NCBI GenBank assembly: GCA_001643675.2
Contig: LSRY02000010.1
Location: 124,001-188,000 of the forward strand
Source: Monocercomonoides exilis PA203
Taxonomy: Eukaryota; Protista; Preaxostyla
Direction of reading: 5' to 3'
DNA: 64,000 nt
Part shown: piece by piece, positions 12,765-27,100 of the stretch
How the letters are laid out: each line of letters begins with the position of its first letter
How positions within the stretch are numbered: the first letter of the stretch is position 1
Notes under the pieces: generated by a model
Databases searched by the model: none
Seen by the model: only the letters and a program-made list of their open reading frames with translations
Told to the model about the DNA's origin: nothing
Position numbers and translations under genes: made by a program

Positions 12765-13372
12765 TCAAAAGCATTTATCTGCAAATAAGAAAAAAATTTG
12801 AAATATAAATAAAAGTTTCAAAGTTGAATAAACAGAAATACCTCCATGACCAGATGCACTGATGATAATTGCAATAATAATACCATAAACTGCGAGGGCT
12901 TCTCCAAAAATATAAACAAGAAGCATTCCAGTAAAAATTTTTGGCTCTCTTCCATACATTCTCGAGCCTGTTTCTCCAGTAATACCAAGTGTTATGCCAG
13001 CAGCCAGAGAGCTGAGTCCAACTGACAATCCACTAGCAAGATGAGAAAACGACTTTGGATAGGTATATTCGTTTTTAATTCCGACCATAATGATAATAGC
13101 AACAATCAATCCAAATATACCCAATAAACCTTAAAAAAATATCATTGATTTTAATTTGTAAAAATTCAAAGATAAATACCTGCCATTATCCCTGGAAGCA
13201 ATGATTTTAACACAAGTTCTGGTTTGTGATATCCAAGAGCAACGCTTCCTATTCCTGATTGAGCAACACCAAATGCAGATCCTAGATTCGAAAGAATTGC
13301 ACCTATAGCAGCCCCAAGGAATCCATAAAAAGAAACAAATGGCGGACATAATTCAGAAACAATGATGGACAT
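12765..13372 (-). CDS. ATP6V0C: V-type ATPase 16-kDa proteolipid subunit c
   Basis: LCPPFVSFYGFLG...SNLGSAFG...KSLLPGIMAG; intron 13130-13179; then GIFGLIVA...HLASGLSVGLSSLAAG...IFGEALAVYGIII with the conserved proton-binding Glu. A probable second intron at 12779-12841 keeps the same stop. Confidence 0.93.
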
Positions 13373-13613
13373 TGAAAAATCGAGGTCGTTTAATTTGAAG
13401 CAAATTATCTGAAGATTCAATTGAGAAAAATATTTTGGGTGCTGCAAGAAAATTTGGAGAAAAATTGACAAAAGAATACATTTAATTTTTATTAGCTGGA
13501 TGATTAAAAATGAAAAAAACTTTCTTTATAATTTTTCATCAAAAATTGAAAAAAACGTTAACAAATCAAGAATGAAATGAATTACGAAGTGAAATAATAA
13601 ACATTGATTCACA

Positions 13614-14125
13614 TTACTCATTTACTCCACTTTGTTTTATAACATCCTTTTCTTTTCCAGATCTTTGTCGAGCAACACGACCAACAAGTTGATTCATTTC
13701 GAGCAGTTCAAGGCAACGAAGATATTTCTTTTTATCCTTTTTTGCAAGATACAAAATATCTTCTTCCTTAATTTGCTCTTGTCTAGCATCTTCTAAAACT
13801 CTAAGTTTCCTGGCCTTAGAATAAAAATTAAAAATATTAGAAGTTTTTTGTTGATGAATAGAAAAAACCTCATCCCGAATATAATCAAAAACGTATTCCA
13901 TAAGAGTGTAGGCAGTTTCTGGAAGAGGCTTTTGAACATCTCCATATGCATATAAAAGTTGAATAACTTAAAAATAATTCAAGAATGTTTTCGATTGGAA
14001 AAGCCGGTAAAAGTTTTCACACATATGTCTATAGCTGGAACTTTTCTTTGACGTTTTTCTTCTTGTTTGATTTCATCTTCATTATCATCTAAATCTTTTT
14101 CTTGATGAGATTTTTCTTCACTCAT
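13614..14125 (-). CDS. TAF13: TFIID subunit TAF13-like histone-fold protein, multi-exon
   Basis: LLYAYGDVQKPLPETAYTLMEYVFDYI (cf. MMYGFGD..P..E...LE..V.EFI) and IKEEDILYLAKKDKKKYLRCLELLEMN (cf. V.EDIVFL.RKD..K..RV..LL.MN); short AT-rich introns. Confidence 0.8.
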
Positions 14126-14243
14126 AAATACTTATGGATGAAGGATCAAAGTAATCAATTAAAAAAATTTAATTAATAAAAAAAGAGAGTAAAATTTTAA
14201 ATATATACACAAATATAAAAGTTATAACAAAAAATCGAAGATT

Positions 14244-15896
14244 TCAAGTATGAAGAGATAATGACGAAGAATGATGAAAATGAGAAATAGGGCGATGAGT
14301 TAAATTTGAAATGGGTATTGAAGAATTTGGAATTTCTGAAGTGTGTTTTTCTCTTTCTCTTTCTCTTTCTCTTTCTCTTTCTCTTTCCCTCTCCCTCTCC
14401 CTCTCCCTCTCCCTCTCCCTCTCCCTCTCCCTCTCCCTCTCCCTTTCCCTTTCCCTTTCTCTCTCCTTTTCTCTCTCCCTTTCTCTTATAATATCTTGTT
14501 CCTTTTCTTTTTCTTTTTCCCTGTCTCTTTCTTTTACACTTGTATCCCTTCTTCTCATCGAATCTTCCTTCATTTTTAATGTCTCCTCCCAAATTGACAA
14601 CTCCTCTTCTCTCTTTTTTAAATACTCTTCTTTTTGTCTTATTCTTTCTTCCCTCATTTTCAATTCTTCTTCCTTTCGAATTAATAAAGTAGTTCTTAAT
14701 AAAAAAATACGAAATAAAATTTCATAAATAACAAATTATTTGCAAACTGGTGAGAAACTTTAATTTCTTTGACTCTTAATTGAACAGATGGATATGCTAA
14801 GATCCTTTCAATTGTCCATCTTCGCTGGACGGACTTTTCCATCATTCCAGAAATAACTGCAAACAACTCTTTCGAATAATGAAGAGGATTCAAAGGAGCA
14901 ATTGGCGATTCACATATTTTTTGATTAAGCTGAGGAAGAGAAGTGGCATTAAAAGGTGGCGTTAATGTGCACAGTTCATATATTACACATCCCAATGACC
15001 AAACGTCTGACCTTTCATCATAAGGCTCGTCTTTAATTTGCTCCTAAAAAAATTAACACCAACGAATGATTAAATAAATAGCTTTTTTTTAAAATTACAT
15101 TGATATTTCTAAATCATACAGGACTTTGATAAAATGGCGTTCCGAGGCATGTTCTTGCAAATGAGTGATCATCCAGTGTTCTTGCAAGTCCTTGTTACAA
15201 AAAGAGTGAGAAGTGTTTATGTGAAACAAAATTAAATCATGAAATATTAGCCGATCGACGTTATAAAGAAATAACAAATACCAAAATCTCCAAGTTTTGC
15301 AATTTTATGACTGTTAAGAAATATATTTCTTGGTTTTATATCTCTGTGCAATATTTTTGGTGTATGTTTATGGCATTCATGAAGTGCAAGACACATTTGT
15401 GCCAGAATTTTCCAAACTACTTCTTCATCAACGCGTTTTCTATAACGAAAAATCAAAAAATAATTGTTTCAAATTGATGCGTTTTGTGAAAAAATAAAAT
15501 GAAAATACCCTGCATCTTTACATTTCTTAATAAGCATTCCCAAATCTCCACCATCGCACAATTCCATAATAATGTAAATCTTAGAGCATGATTTATCTAT
15601 AATTCTATCATAATAGCGAATGATGTTTGGATGCCTAAAATTAGAAATAAAAATTAAATTTCACAAAAATTTGAATAAATATTTTCAAATATTCTTTGAT
15701 AACCAGACCTCAGCTCTCTCAAAAGATTAACTTCATTCACAAGCATAGTTTTTTCTTTTTCATCCATAGTTCCATAAAATACTTCCTTCCAAGCATAAAG
15801 TGCACCCTTTGTCTTATGTCGAACTTTCATCACCTTACCAAACGAGCCCGAACCAATTTCTTCCAAAATTTCATAATCAGAAACATGTAATTCCAT
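14244..15896 (-). CDS. NEK2: NIMA-related kinase (NEK2-like) with coiled-coil and (RE)n tail, multi-exon
   Basis: GSGSFGKV, AWKE, NEVNLLREL|RHPNIIRYYDRIIDK (intron 15635-15708), HRDIKPRNIFL, KLGDFG, GTPFYQSP, DVWSLGC. The 3' end is less certain. Confidence 0.88.
14347..14485. repeat. Hexamer microsatellite (TTTCTC/CCCTCT)n encoding the Arg-Glu dipeptide run in the NEK tail
   Basis: Tandem hexamers visible in the sequence; they translate as REREREREEK on the minus strand. Confidence 0.9.
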
Positions 15897-16170
15897 TAAA
15901 ATTTCCTTTTTACAAAGTTAAAGATTTAAAATAAAATTTAAATCGAAAAACATAAAATGTTATGGTTTGACAAAACAGGAGAAAAATTATGTTTTGATAT
16001 CTTCAATTCTATGAAGAACATCTAAAAAAAATCTGTAAATACATTTTATTCGATTTTACTATAAAACACAATTCTAATTATAATTATGAAAAAATACAAT
16101 TTTAATAAAATGATTCATAAAACAAACAACTTAAACATTTATTCACAAAAAAATAAACCCGAAAAGTATT

Positions 16171-19100
16171 TTAAGCTGCATATTTAAAAATCTTTCTATC
16201 GTGTTCGTCACGCTCTAAATATTCTCTTTCAACCAATGATTCAATTCTCTGCAAGACTTGTTGCTTTGTAACAGAAAATCTCGCACCAATCATTGAAGCA
16301 ACTTCAAGGCAAAGAGGATCAACGTTCATACTCTTTTTCTCCTTCATAATGCGCACAATTGCAGAATCAAGAACAAATTTGCGTGTTTCTTCAGCCTGCT
16401 TCATCACTTCTTCATCCTCCTCATCATCTTTTTGCTCTTGTTGCTTCCTTACTTTATTTTCATCTTCAATTCTTTGAATCTCTTCGTCTCTTTTTTTCTC
16501 AAATGTTTGTAAAATTTTTCTGCAATTAATTTTCTTCTTCAGCATTGCCCTTTTTTTATTTTTATTCTGCATTTTTTTAGCATCTGCCATTTTTTGTTCT
16601 TTTCCATCTTCATTCGCTTCTTCCATTCGATCTTCATCTTCTCCTCCCACAGCATCTATAACAGATACAACATCAGATGTGGAGACTTCAAACAAAGTCA
16701 AAGTGTTCGACTTATCACCACTGCCATTTTTGACAGAAAGAATCGGAGCTTGTTGCGAAGAAAGCGAAAGAAGGAGCAAAGGAAGGAGCGAATACGGAAG
16801 TTGTGTTTCAGACAATAACTGAGCAACAGAAAGAGAGCGATGGCGATTGAACAGAAGCAGAATGACCAACTGCGGCGCTGTTACTTCGATCGTCACTGTA
16901 TACGGCACACTTCTCATGCTCTGCTCAATTGCTGTCTCTTTCCCTTCTGTCATCTGATTAGACGTGCTAATTGACTCTTTCTCCTTCAGCACATTGCAAT
17001 GATGACTGCATTTTCTGATTGTTGTGTGGAATGCGACTGTGGCGGAGGAGAGAGAAGGGTGCCACGTGATGTTTCTGCCTTTGTGCCGCTGCTGATGGAA
17101 AGAGGCAGCAAGCGACAGACTCTGCTGCAGAAAGAGAGGAAGAGCAAAATTGAAGACAGGGCGCTCGCTTATGGATGTGAACTGGAAGGAAGGAGAAGAC
17201 ATGGAAAGTGGTGTGAGAGAGGAAGAAGAATTAGTAGAATTAGAAGAATTAGAAGAATTTGAATGTGGCTTAATAGAAGAAGAGGCAGATGCAAACACAG
17301 AAGCAGATGCTGTTGATGAAGGAGAGAGAGCATCGCTAAGAGCAGAAGACAGAAGCGTTGAAGGAAAAGAACTGGAAGAAGAAGACGAAGCAGCAAGAAG
17401 CGAAGGCGTGTTTGGCTGTGTGATTGCTTGTGAAGGGAATTTGATGTGCCGCGAAGACGATGGCCAGTAAGCTTTTGACAAAATAAAAGGAAAACAGTCA
17501 AATGTTATGTTCTTTGTGCCATCTGCTTCAGAATTGTTATCTTCTTTCCGAGTGATACCATCATCATCATCGTCTTCATCATCTCTTTCTGAATGAAAAT
17601 CTTCTGCTGTGTCGCAATCACACCCACAATGCGACTTCTGATCAGACACTGCTCTTGCTCGCTTTGCCAGCACTTTCTCCTGTTTGAGCGTCTCCCTCAG
17701 CCTCTTCTTGTTCTCCTTCACTTTCTCCTTCCTCCACTGGTTGAACAAGGCAGCTTCCTCTGAAGCGACACAGCTGTCTGTCAGAAGAGAAAGAGTGCGA
17801 GACGCAAAGGACTCGCCACACAGCTGCTGCATCGCAAACACCACACGCTCTTCGGCTGCAGCAGCGTCGGAAGGGAGGAAAGAGAAGAGAGAGGCAGAGG
17901 AGGAGGAAGTGGTGGGTGTCAAGGAGGAGGGGTTGGACAGCATGGTGGATGCAGTGGAAGGAGAAAGAAACGAGGAATATGAAGATGAGGCAGAGGCAGA
18001 TGAAAAGGGAGATGGAATGGCAGACGAAGAAAGAGATGAAAAGTGGGAAGCAGGCGGTGAGGTTGGCGGGAGTGCGGTTGGAACATTCTTTGAGACAGTC
18101 AAAATTGAATGTGAAGACGATGGGAATGATGCTGAAGAAGAAGAAGAAGAAGATGATGATGAAAGAGAAGGAGAAGAAAAAGAGGATGATGAGAAAGAGA
18201 AAGAGGAGGAGTCTGACAAGTAAACAGTTGGTTTGTGTGCAAAGACATACAACAAGAGGCGGCGAGACAGAAACATCCGATGATGAATCTCAAACACGTC
18301 TTTGTCGTCGATGAAAGGAAAAAGCGAAAGCGCCTCGTCCAAAAACACCAATGGAGATATCTTTCGCTCAAATGGCTTCTCTTCTTTGTCGTTTTTTTTG
18401 TTTTCTGTGTTTGTCGAATGAATATTAACTTTCTCCTCTTTTTTCGTCTCTGAGGCTGATTCTGTATTGGAAGTGCTTTCTTCCTCGTTCTCGTCTTCAA
18501 TCGCTTTCTTTTCTTTTTCTTCTTTTTTATCGTCGTCTTCTTCTCCTTCATCAACAACATCCATTCTTTTATTACCACATCCACCCTCCTTTTGCATCAT
18601 CTCCTCCATTTCTCTTTCATCACCTTCTTCTTTCGCACTCACACTCATCTCGCTCTTCCTCAGCTTCGTCGTCATTTTCACTCCTTCTGAGCAGCTTCTG
18701 AGGCATTCATCAATAAACACGGCAAGAAGCTTAGCGCTTCTTCCTTTATGTGCTTCTCCTTCCTGGTCGATTTGTGAGACAGCGGCGCTGCAGAGGACGC
18801 TGTTGGCGACACGTTGGAAGGAGTCGTGCGCTGACTGAACGAATGCAACGTCAACAAGAGAGGAAATGGAGGAGATTGCAAAGCAGCAGCCAGATGCAGA
18901 TGAGAAGCCAGAAGAGCTCAAAGAAGAAGAAGAAGAGTAGGACGAAGAGAAGGCAGATGAAGATGATGAAGATGATGACGAAGAGGATGAAGAAAAGAAA
19001 ACAGCTTGACGAAACGGTGTGGAAGAGAGCGAAGGAGAAGCAGCTGTAGAATGTACAGTTGGAGAGGCAGGCTGAGAAGTCGAGTTCGAATTTGTGGAAG

Positions 19101-20565
19101 TGGAGTTGAAGGAGAGATGGGGTGAGGGATAAGAGATGAGTGAGGTGTGATGAGAGGGAGTGCTGCGCTGGTTGGGGAAAGTGAAGATGTTGTTAAATGA
19201 AGAACGAGAAGACAGAGATGAGGAAGATGAGGATGCTGACGGAGACGAGGTCTCATATTGAAAGAGCGAAGGAGAAAACGAAGGGGAGTGCTGAAACTGT
19301 GATGTGCCCGTCTGAAAAGTTGAAGCATTCTCTTTGATCAATTGATTGGACACAATAAACGATCTATTCAGAAACAGCTCGATGTGTGCCTTGATGCGGA
19401 TCAACTCCTCCACAAACAGTTTTGAAATTGCATCTAACCCGAAACTGCCTTTCTTGCCTTTTTCGTTCAAAGCTTCTTCTCCTTTTGCTTTTAACATTCT
19501 CCCTTCGCTTTCTATCCATTCAGAAAACAGAGCAACCAACGGATTAATTCCCCCTTCCACGCTTGACAAAATCCCATAAAGGCACGCCACATCTCCCGCC
19601 TTCTTTTGTTGCAGCAGATGAAAAAGATTGTCGTCCTTTCTTTCCTTTAATTCATTGAAACAATTTAGGATAAGTTCCTCAACAAGAGTTGTTATAACCT
19701 TCGTAACAAGCGTTTGAGGAAACAATGATTCACAAAGCCCACATTCCCTTGTAAGAAGTTCTTCCACATGATGTAGGTAATCGCTTAAATTCATTGAAAA
19801 ACGATTTTTGCTTTCAGTTTTCGCGTATTCACGAGTTGAGCGCAAAAAAGGTTCCTCAATCGTGGATTCAAAAAATGATGCAGATTCAACACAAAGATCT
19901 ATTATTGTCTCGACAAAACGCTTTAAATAATCAGAATTTGAATTCATTCCATTTCGTTCACTGGAAAAGTATTCAAGAAGTTTTGGGATTCCTTTTGTTT
20001 CAAGGTGTACAGCAGGACAAACTGTTTCTCTAAATAGATATATTCCCATTGGCAATATTGGAACAAAAGAAGCTTCACTTATGAAAGTCTTATCCATGTA
20101 ACTAAACAGTTCTCCAATCATTTGAATTCTCTTTTTGAACAAATCCCACTCATTTACCAAAGATAGCCAAGGATCAGCTTCTTCACGGTTTATTTCAAAT
20201 GCCCTCCGCTGCAATCTGCATTTTATATAATCTTCAAGCGATTCATACAAAAAATTACCATGCTTTTGAAGCAAAAGATGGTAAATCTTACTGAATTAAA
20301 ATTTTGTCAAAAATAAAAGTTGTTATGAAGGATAAAATTTTGGCGAAAAAGTTAACAGATATCTTTTCGTTTATATTAAAAGATATTTTTCTTACCTGTA
20401 GATTCGCTCAAACCAAACTTCAGAACTGCAATTTGAAAAAATTTTATCAAGTGCTTCACGAATTGTTTCCCATGCAACTTCAGGTTGTTCCTTTGCAGCT
20501 AAATCTGGTGAACGGTATGGTTTAATTAGATTTGCTTGACGTTTTTTGATAAACGTCTGCTGCAT
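16171..20565 (-). CDS. Cullin (CUL3/CUL4-like) with large Ser-rich insertions
   Basis: Exon 1 (20396-20565) AWETIREALDKIF...WFERIY; intron 20291-20395; then LFSYMDKTF, DKDVFEIHHRMFLSRRLL, ILSKAYWP and the C-terminal neddylation domain DSAIVRIMK...RIESLVEREYLERD...KYAA. Confidence 0.92.
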
Positions 20566-20796
20566 TCCCAGATATTAGTGAAAAAGTTTGATCCAACCGT
20601 AATCATGCAACTAAGTTTCTCCTGCAAAAAAATTGTTTCCTGCTTCTGCGTAAAATCAATAAAAATGAAAATTATTTTTTCAAAACAAGAGTTTAAATTT
20701 GTAATGTTTAACAAAAAGTCGAAATGAAGACAAAAACACAAAAAAATTGAGTGAATATTTTCGCAATAACTCAATGAAGAGATTGTCAAATATTAC

Positions 20797-22111
20797 TTAT
20801 TCAGGAAATAAAAGATTGTTAATATTTGGAATGTTTGAATTTGCATGAGCCGGCAGCTCGTCTGAATAGATGACAAAAGGCAGCCTTGGAGAGGCTGTGA
20901 GAGGATCAACATTCTCATTTGAAGAAGAGAAAAGACCAGAAGAAGAATCGCCCTGGTCGAGGATCGAAGATGGGTGCAGGGCAGGTGAAGGAAGAAGAAG
21001 AGGAAAAGAGGTCAAAGTTTGAAGGGGAGAAGAAGGAGGAGAAAGAGAAGACGATCCAATGAGCTGTTGATTCTGCTGTGTGGATTGGCTCAAAGGAAGG
21101 AGAGAGGAGGAAGAAGGAGACAAAGAAGAGAAGGTGGATTGATGAGAAGAGGGAGAATAAAGAGAAGACAAGAAAGAAGAAGAGGAAGAGGAAGAGGAAG
21201 AAGAAGAGGAAGAAGAGGAAGAAGAAGGCTGAACATGAGAAGGAGGAGAAGAAGGAGCGATGGAATAGTAGAGGGAAGAGAGAAGAGGAGAAGATGTGCT
21301 TTGAGAAGAAGAAGAAGAAAGAGAAGAAGAGAAAACAGAAGAAGAGGAAGAGGAAGAAGAGGAAGAAGAGGAAAGAGAAGAAGAAGAAGAAGAAGGAGAA
21401 GAAGAAGAGAAGAAAGAAGGAGGATATTTTGAGTGCTGATCAGAAAAGGAAGAGATGCCCTTAACAGTTGCTGACAGAGGTTGTGGTGATGGCAACCCAG
21501 TTGCTTCTGACGTAAAAGGCAAAGAAGAAGAAGAAGAAGAAAGAGAAGAAAGAGAAGAAGAAGAGGATGGAGAAGAAGAGGAGGAGGAAAGAAGAAGAGA
21601 AGAAGAAGAAGGAATCGAAGAAGAAGGAGAAGAAGAAGAAGGAGGAGATTCAATCATTGAGGAAGGGAAATAAGAAGAGGAGGAAGAAGAAGAGAAAGAG
21701 GAAGAAGACAATTGATAAGATGGAGAGTTTTTGAGGGAAGAAGAAGAAGCAAACGAAGAGGAAGGCATGGGAAAAGAGGAAGAAAGAGCAGAAAATGAAT
21801 AGAAGTCATAGAAAGAAGAAGAAGAAGAGGGATATGAAGAAGAGGAATAAGAAGAAGAGGGATAAGAAGAGGAAGAAGAAGAATTAAAAGAAGCAGAAGA
21901 AGAAGAGGAATAATCAGAAGAGAAACCAGAAGAAGGAGGATAAGAAGACTGAGAAGAATATCCAGAGAGAGAAAGCATTGGAGGAGGCTCAAAATAATAC
22001 GGCTGCTGATAGTCATTGAACTGGGGGATGAATGGAGGATACAGCAATGGCTGAGGGGTGGGATGGTAATGCTGATTGGATAGCATTGGAAGAGAAGAGG
22101 GAGAAGAAGAA

Positions 22112-22143
<32 letters not shown>

Positions 22144-22774
22144 AGATGGGAATGCAGAAGAAGAAGAGGAGGAAGGAGTTAATTTTGATGTTTTAACATT
22201 TGATGCTTTTGACGAAGTGTTGAATGATGCTGTTTTGTTTGTCTGCTTCTTCATCTGCTTTTCTGTCTCATTCACATTTCCTCTTGCCCAACCTCCTCTT
22301 CCTCCTTCCTTCCCTCCCTTCTCTTCCTCTTCCTTCTTCTCCTTCTCCTTCTCTTTCCCCTCCTCCTCCTTCCTCCTCTCCTCCCTTATCTTCTCTTCCT
22401 CCTCCTCCTCTCTCGCATACTTCTCTATCCTTGCAATCCTCCCATCATACTGCTGCATCAGATGTCTTGTCATTCGCAATGGAAGCAGAGTGGACGAGCT
22501 GTCGATGAGTGTGTGGAGTGCCCTCAGCCCATTGCTCAAGATGGCTGCAGTGATCAGAGAAGAACTCAGATGGAAGGGAGATTCGGAACCTTTGTTGGAG
22601 GCAACGGAGAGTGGGATGGTGGTGGTGGCGGAGGGAGAAGAGGATGATGGAGAAGAAGAAGAGGAGGAAGAAGATGATGTGGTTGAGTTTGTATTTATAT
22701 TTGAATTTGAAGAAGAAGAAGAAGAAGACACATTATTAGACACATTAGACAAATGAGAAGGAGTTTGTGTTTGA

Positions 22775-22806
<32 letters not shown>

Positions 22807-23710
22807 ATTAACATTTGATTGCTCATTGCTCTTTCCAACTTCTTCAGATGGCTGAGACTGATCAAATGATGGATTGAAGCACAAATGAGAAGGTGAATGT
22901 TTAGCGGTCATTTCATCAACAGGAGATAGCATTGACAATGAAGAAGAAGAAGAAGAAGAAGAGGATGAAGAGGAAGAAGAGGAAGAAGATGAATTAGAAG
23001 AAGAAGAAGATGAACATGAAGCATTTCCATCTGTCATGTCATACAGCAATGCCGTGTCCAGCATCTCCTTCCCATAGTCTGCAATGATCGGTCTGAGTGC
23101 AGCAGCATCCAATCTGTCTGAAGGCGGAGCAAGAACAGCAAAGGACAGCAGCCCAAACACCATCTGCTCGTGTAGAGTGGCCTTGTACTGTGTCTCTGCG
23201 GGGTCAGCGTTGTCGTCGATGGAGTGGATGCACTCAGCAAGCGCACTGAACACAGAAGAATATGTCTCTCTGGGGCCATACATCGTGCGGGTGATGCCGG
23301 TGGTGGCTGCATCGATCGCTCGGATCTTCACTTTGAAGTTTGGAGTGGAGGCAAACAGAGAGGAGAGGGTGTGGAAGGCGGTGGTGAGGAGATGTGAGGG
23401 GGAGGGGTCTGTGACAGGGGCAGCAGAGGAGAGGGAGAAAGAGGCAGGGAGACGAGGGAGGAGGGAAGGAGGAGAGGAGAGGAGGGGGGAGAGGGCACAG
23501 CAGGCATTCCACTTCACTTTGACGGAGCCGTGGCTGAGAGAGGTGATGAGGCCACGGAGGATGAGGATGAGATCGTCGTCAGTGAGGAAGAGATGGTGGA
23601 GAGGCTGGGGGGTGTCTGAGGGGAAGAGAAGAGAAGAGGAAGAAGAGGAAGAGGAGGAGGAGGAAGAGGAAGATGATGATGAATCAGTGGAAGATGAAAT
23701 AGAAGTTGTA

Positions 23711-23742
<32 letters not shown>

Positions 23743-24142
23743 AATAGGAATAAGAGAAGAACCATTTGAAATAGAAGATGCATTTGTTGAGTGGAAGAGA
23801 TGGGCAGTGGATGAATGAGAGCCCAGAGAAAGAGAAGGGAGATAAGTTGAAGAGAGATTAGGCTTGTTTGAATAGATTGGGATGGATGTGGTAGACTCAG
23901 AAGGAGAAGAAGGAAGAAGATCGAATGGAGAAGAAGAGGAGGAAGAGGAGGAGGTGGAAGAAGAAGAAGATGATGATGAAGAAGAAGATGAAGAAGGAGC
24001 AAAGACAGATGAGAAAGAGAGTAAAGAAGGGTATTTGTAAGGGAATGCGAGGGAAGAATAGGAAGAAGGAGAGCTCTGAAAAGAAGGAAGAAGGGTGGCA
24101 GTCAAAGAAGGAAGGGTGATTGAAGGAGAAAATTTGGGAGAA

Positions 24143-24177
<35 letters not shown>

Positions 24178-27100
24178 AGAGGAAGGCAAGAAATTCAATG
24201 AAGAAGCAGAAGAAGAATAAGAAGAAAGAGAAGGAAGCAAAGAGGAAGCGATGGAATCAGAAGCAGCAGCAGCAGCAGAAGAAGAGAAAGAAGGAGAATT
24301 AGGAGGAGACACAAAACACAAAGGAACAGGTTCAGTTGAATTCATGTTTGGACTCTCAGAAAAGATGAAATTGGCATCCTCTTTTGGATTGGCTGTGCTT
24401 TCAACGCTTTCTTTCTTGGAATTCGCTTTTAAATCTTCATTTTTGTTGGTTTTGCTGTTTTCGTTATTGTCTTCGTCTGCTTTTTCTTTCTCTGTTGAAT
24501 TCTTCCTTTTCTTGAATGATTTCGTTTTTGTATTTATACTTTTCTTTTCTGCATTTCCTTTTGCTTCATCATCCTCTTCTCCTTTGGAATTATTATTATT
24601 ATTATCTTCTTTCTCCTCTTTCTCCTTTTCTTCCTCTCCCTCTTCTTCTTCCTCCTCATCCTCATCCTCCTCATCCTCATCTCCATCCTCCTCCCCACTC
24701 AACTCACTCTCCATGTTCGCACTCCTCCTAATCCCTGCTGCAAACACAGGGTCCAAAGCGAGTCTTGTTATATTCCCCACACCTCTCACAGCATTTATCC
24801 TCACTTTGTCGTGGTCGCTCAGCCCTTCCAGCAGAATAATCAGCAGATCCCTCACAAGAGGCACATCAAAGTCTTCTGCATGCAGCGTCGCCATCACCCC
24901 AGCCAGGTTGGCTAATGCCCAATACGCCTTCACTCTGAGTGGAGTGTGCTCAGCAGCACAGCATTCTCTCAGAGCAGAGATGGCAGAGAGGAAGAAGAGG
25001 GAGTCTCTTCTGTGGAGAGAAGGGTTCAGCACACACAGCCCCATCACCCGACAGGCAGCTGTGCGGACAGGAGTGGGCTGAGTGGAGGAGAGGGCAGAGA
25101 GGATAAATGGCTGGGCAACAAGAGAAAGAGAAGGAGAGGAATCGAGAACGAGAGAGCGGAGGTGGTTGAGGCAGAGGACAGCTTGTGAGCGGAAGGGCAC
25201 GAAGCGGTTGGTGAAGGCGGTGGAGAGGTGGAGGGAGAGGAACTCCTTCCACACAGCACAGTGGATGAGGGTCTCTTTGGACGGGTCAGAGGGAGAGAGA
25301 TCAACAAGGATGGGCTTGTGGGATGAGGATGAAGAGGATGAAGAGGAAGAAGAAGAGCGTGAGGATCTAAGTTTTGAATTCTTTGAAGAAGAAGATGAAG
25401 AGGAGGAGGAAGTAGAAGAAGATGTCTGAGGATAAGTCAAAAGATCTGCACTTTCCAGTTTGTCGAGTGGAATCAACGTGAATGGAACTTCTTCATCGGC
25501 AACTTCTTTTCTTCTCTTTTCATCATTTTGAAGCAAAGAAAATTCATTTCCTTTTGAAGATGAGAAAGAAGATGAATTTCCTCTTTTATTTTCCACTTCC
25601 TCTTTTCCTATTCCATTTTTCATTCCATTTTTGTTTTCTCCTCCTCCCTCTCCTCCTTCTCCTTCTCTTTCTCCCTCTTCTTTCTCCTCCTCCTCCTCCT
25701 CCTCTTGCTGCTCCAACGGATTATAATTCGCATCCGGCACATACAATCTGTGATGCAGCTTCGAATACAGCACAAGTGATGAGCTGCCCAGTGATATGAG
25801 CAATGCCTCAATACACGGCAATGCTGCCTCCTTCACTGGATGAGGTGTCCCTGCCTCTTCTTCCTCGTCTTCCTCTCCCTCACTCTCTCCCGTGTACTTG
25901 GCATACTTCTTCTTCCTCCGCCTCTTCTTCGACTTGCTGTCTGTATTCGCTGCTGGCTTGCGCTGAAGTTGTGATGAGGAGTCAAGAGATGTCTTCATCA
26001 CAGAAATGGATGTGGAAGATGAACTTAAAAGAGATGGTGAAGAAGGAGAAGAGGAAGATGATGATTGCAATGGTTTTGGAATAGAATCAGCATCCTTTGA
26101 AGAAGATATAGTTTTCTTTTCATTTGTTTCATTCAATTGTTCTTCTGCTTTTTGATTGGCTTCTTTCAACATCTTCCTCTTCTTTATCTTCCATGCACTT
26201 TCTGGCACTTCTTCTTTCTCCTTCTCTTTCTCTTTCTCCTCTTTCTCTCTCCTTTCCTCCACTCCCTCCATACCCTCCATCCCTTCCACCCCCTCCTCTC
26301 CTCTTTCTCCTCTTTCTCCTTCCTCTCCCTCCTCCTCCCTGCTCCTCACAGGCGCATATATTGTGAATGAATGCGATGCATGCGACGGCAGCGTCTGCTC
26401 AGTCGAAGAAGGATCCAATGCAGCCAGTGCCGCCTTGCTGAAGTAGAAGAACGTGTCTTGCCGGACAAACAGCGTTGTTGGGTATCTCCTTCCCACCGAC
26501 GCCATAAACACAAACGCATCGGCTGTGAAGAGAGGGGCTGGGCGCACGCCGCACGAGGCATACGAAGGAGGAGGTGGAAACAAGGCAGCTGAGACTGGGT
26601 GGAGGCTGATCTGGTCTAAAACGAGGAAGCGGAAGAGAAGGCGCGAAACAGCATCGATCAGAGAGATGGGCCGGTTGTTTGTGCAGCGGAGAGAGAAGGC
26701 AGCTGAAGAAGAAGAAGAGGAGGAGGATTGAGTGTGGCGGGTGGGTGACTGAGAGGGTGATGAAGTGAAAGGAGGATTCATGGAAGAGGGGAGAGAAGAA
26801 GAAGAGGAAGAAGAAGAAGAAGAAATCATCTTCTCATCGCCAGTTCTGTTATCTTTTCCTCTTCTCTTTGAAATTGCAGAGAAGTCGACGAGTGGGTTGA
26901 TCCAGTTGTCGGGCGAGTCGTCTTCACTCAGCAGAAGATCTTCAATCACTCCAAGTCGCTTTGAGGCTTCGGGCTTTTTCGGTTTGGCGCCGCTGGAAAG
27001 AGAAGAAGTGGAGACAGACATACCACGTGAGGATGAGATGGAGGAGAGAAGGAAAGGAAGGGAAGAAGAAGAAGAAGAGGAGGAGGAAGAAGATGATGAC

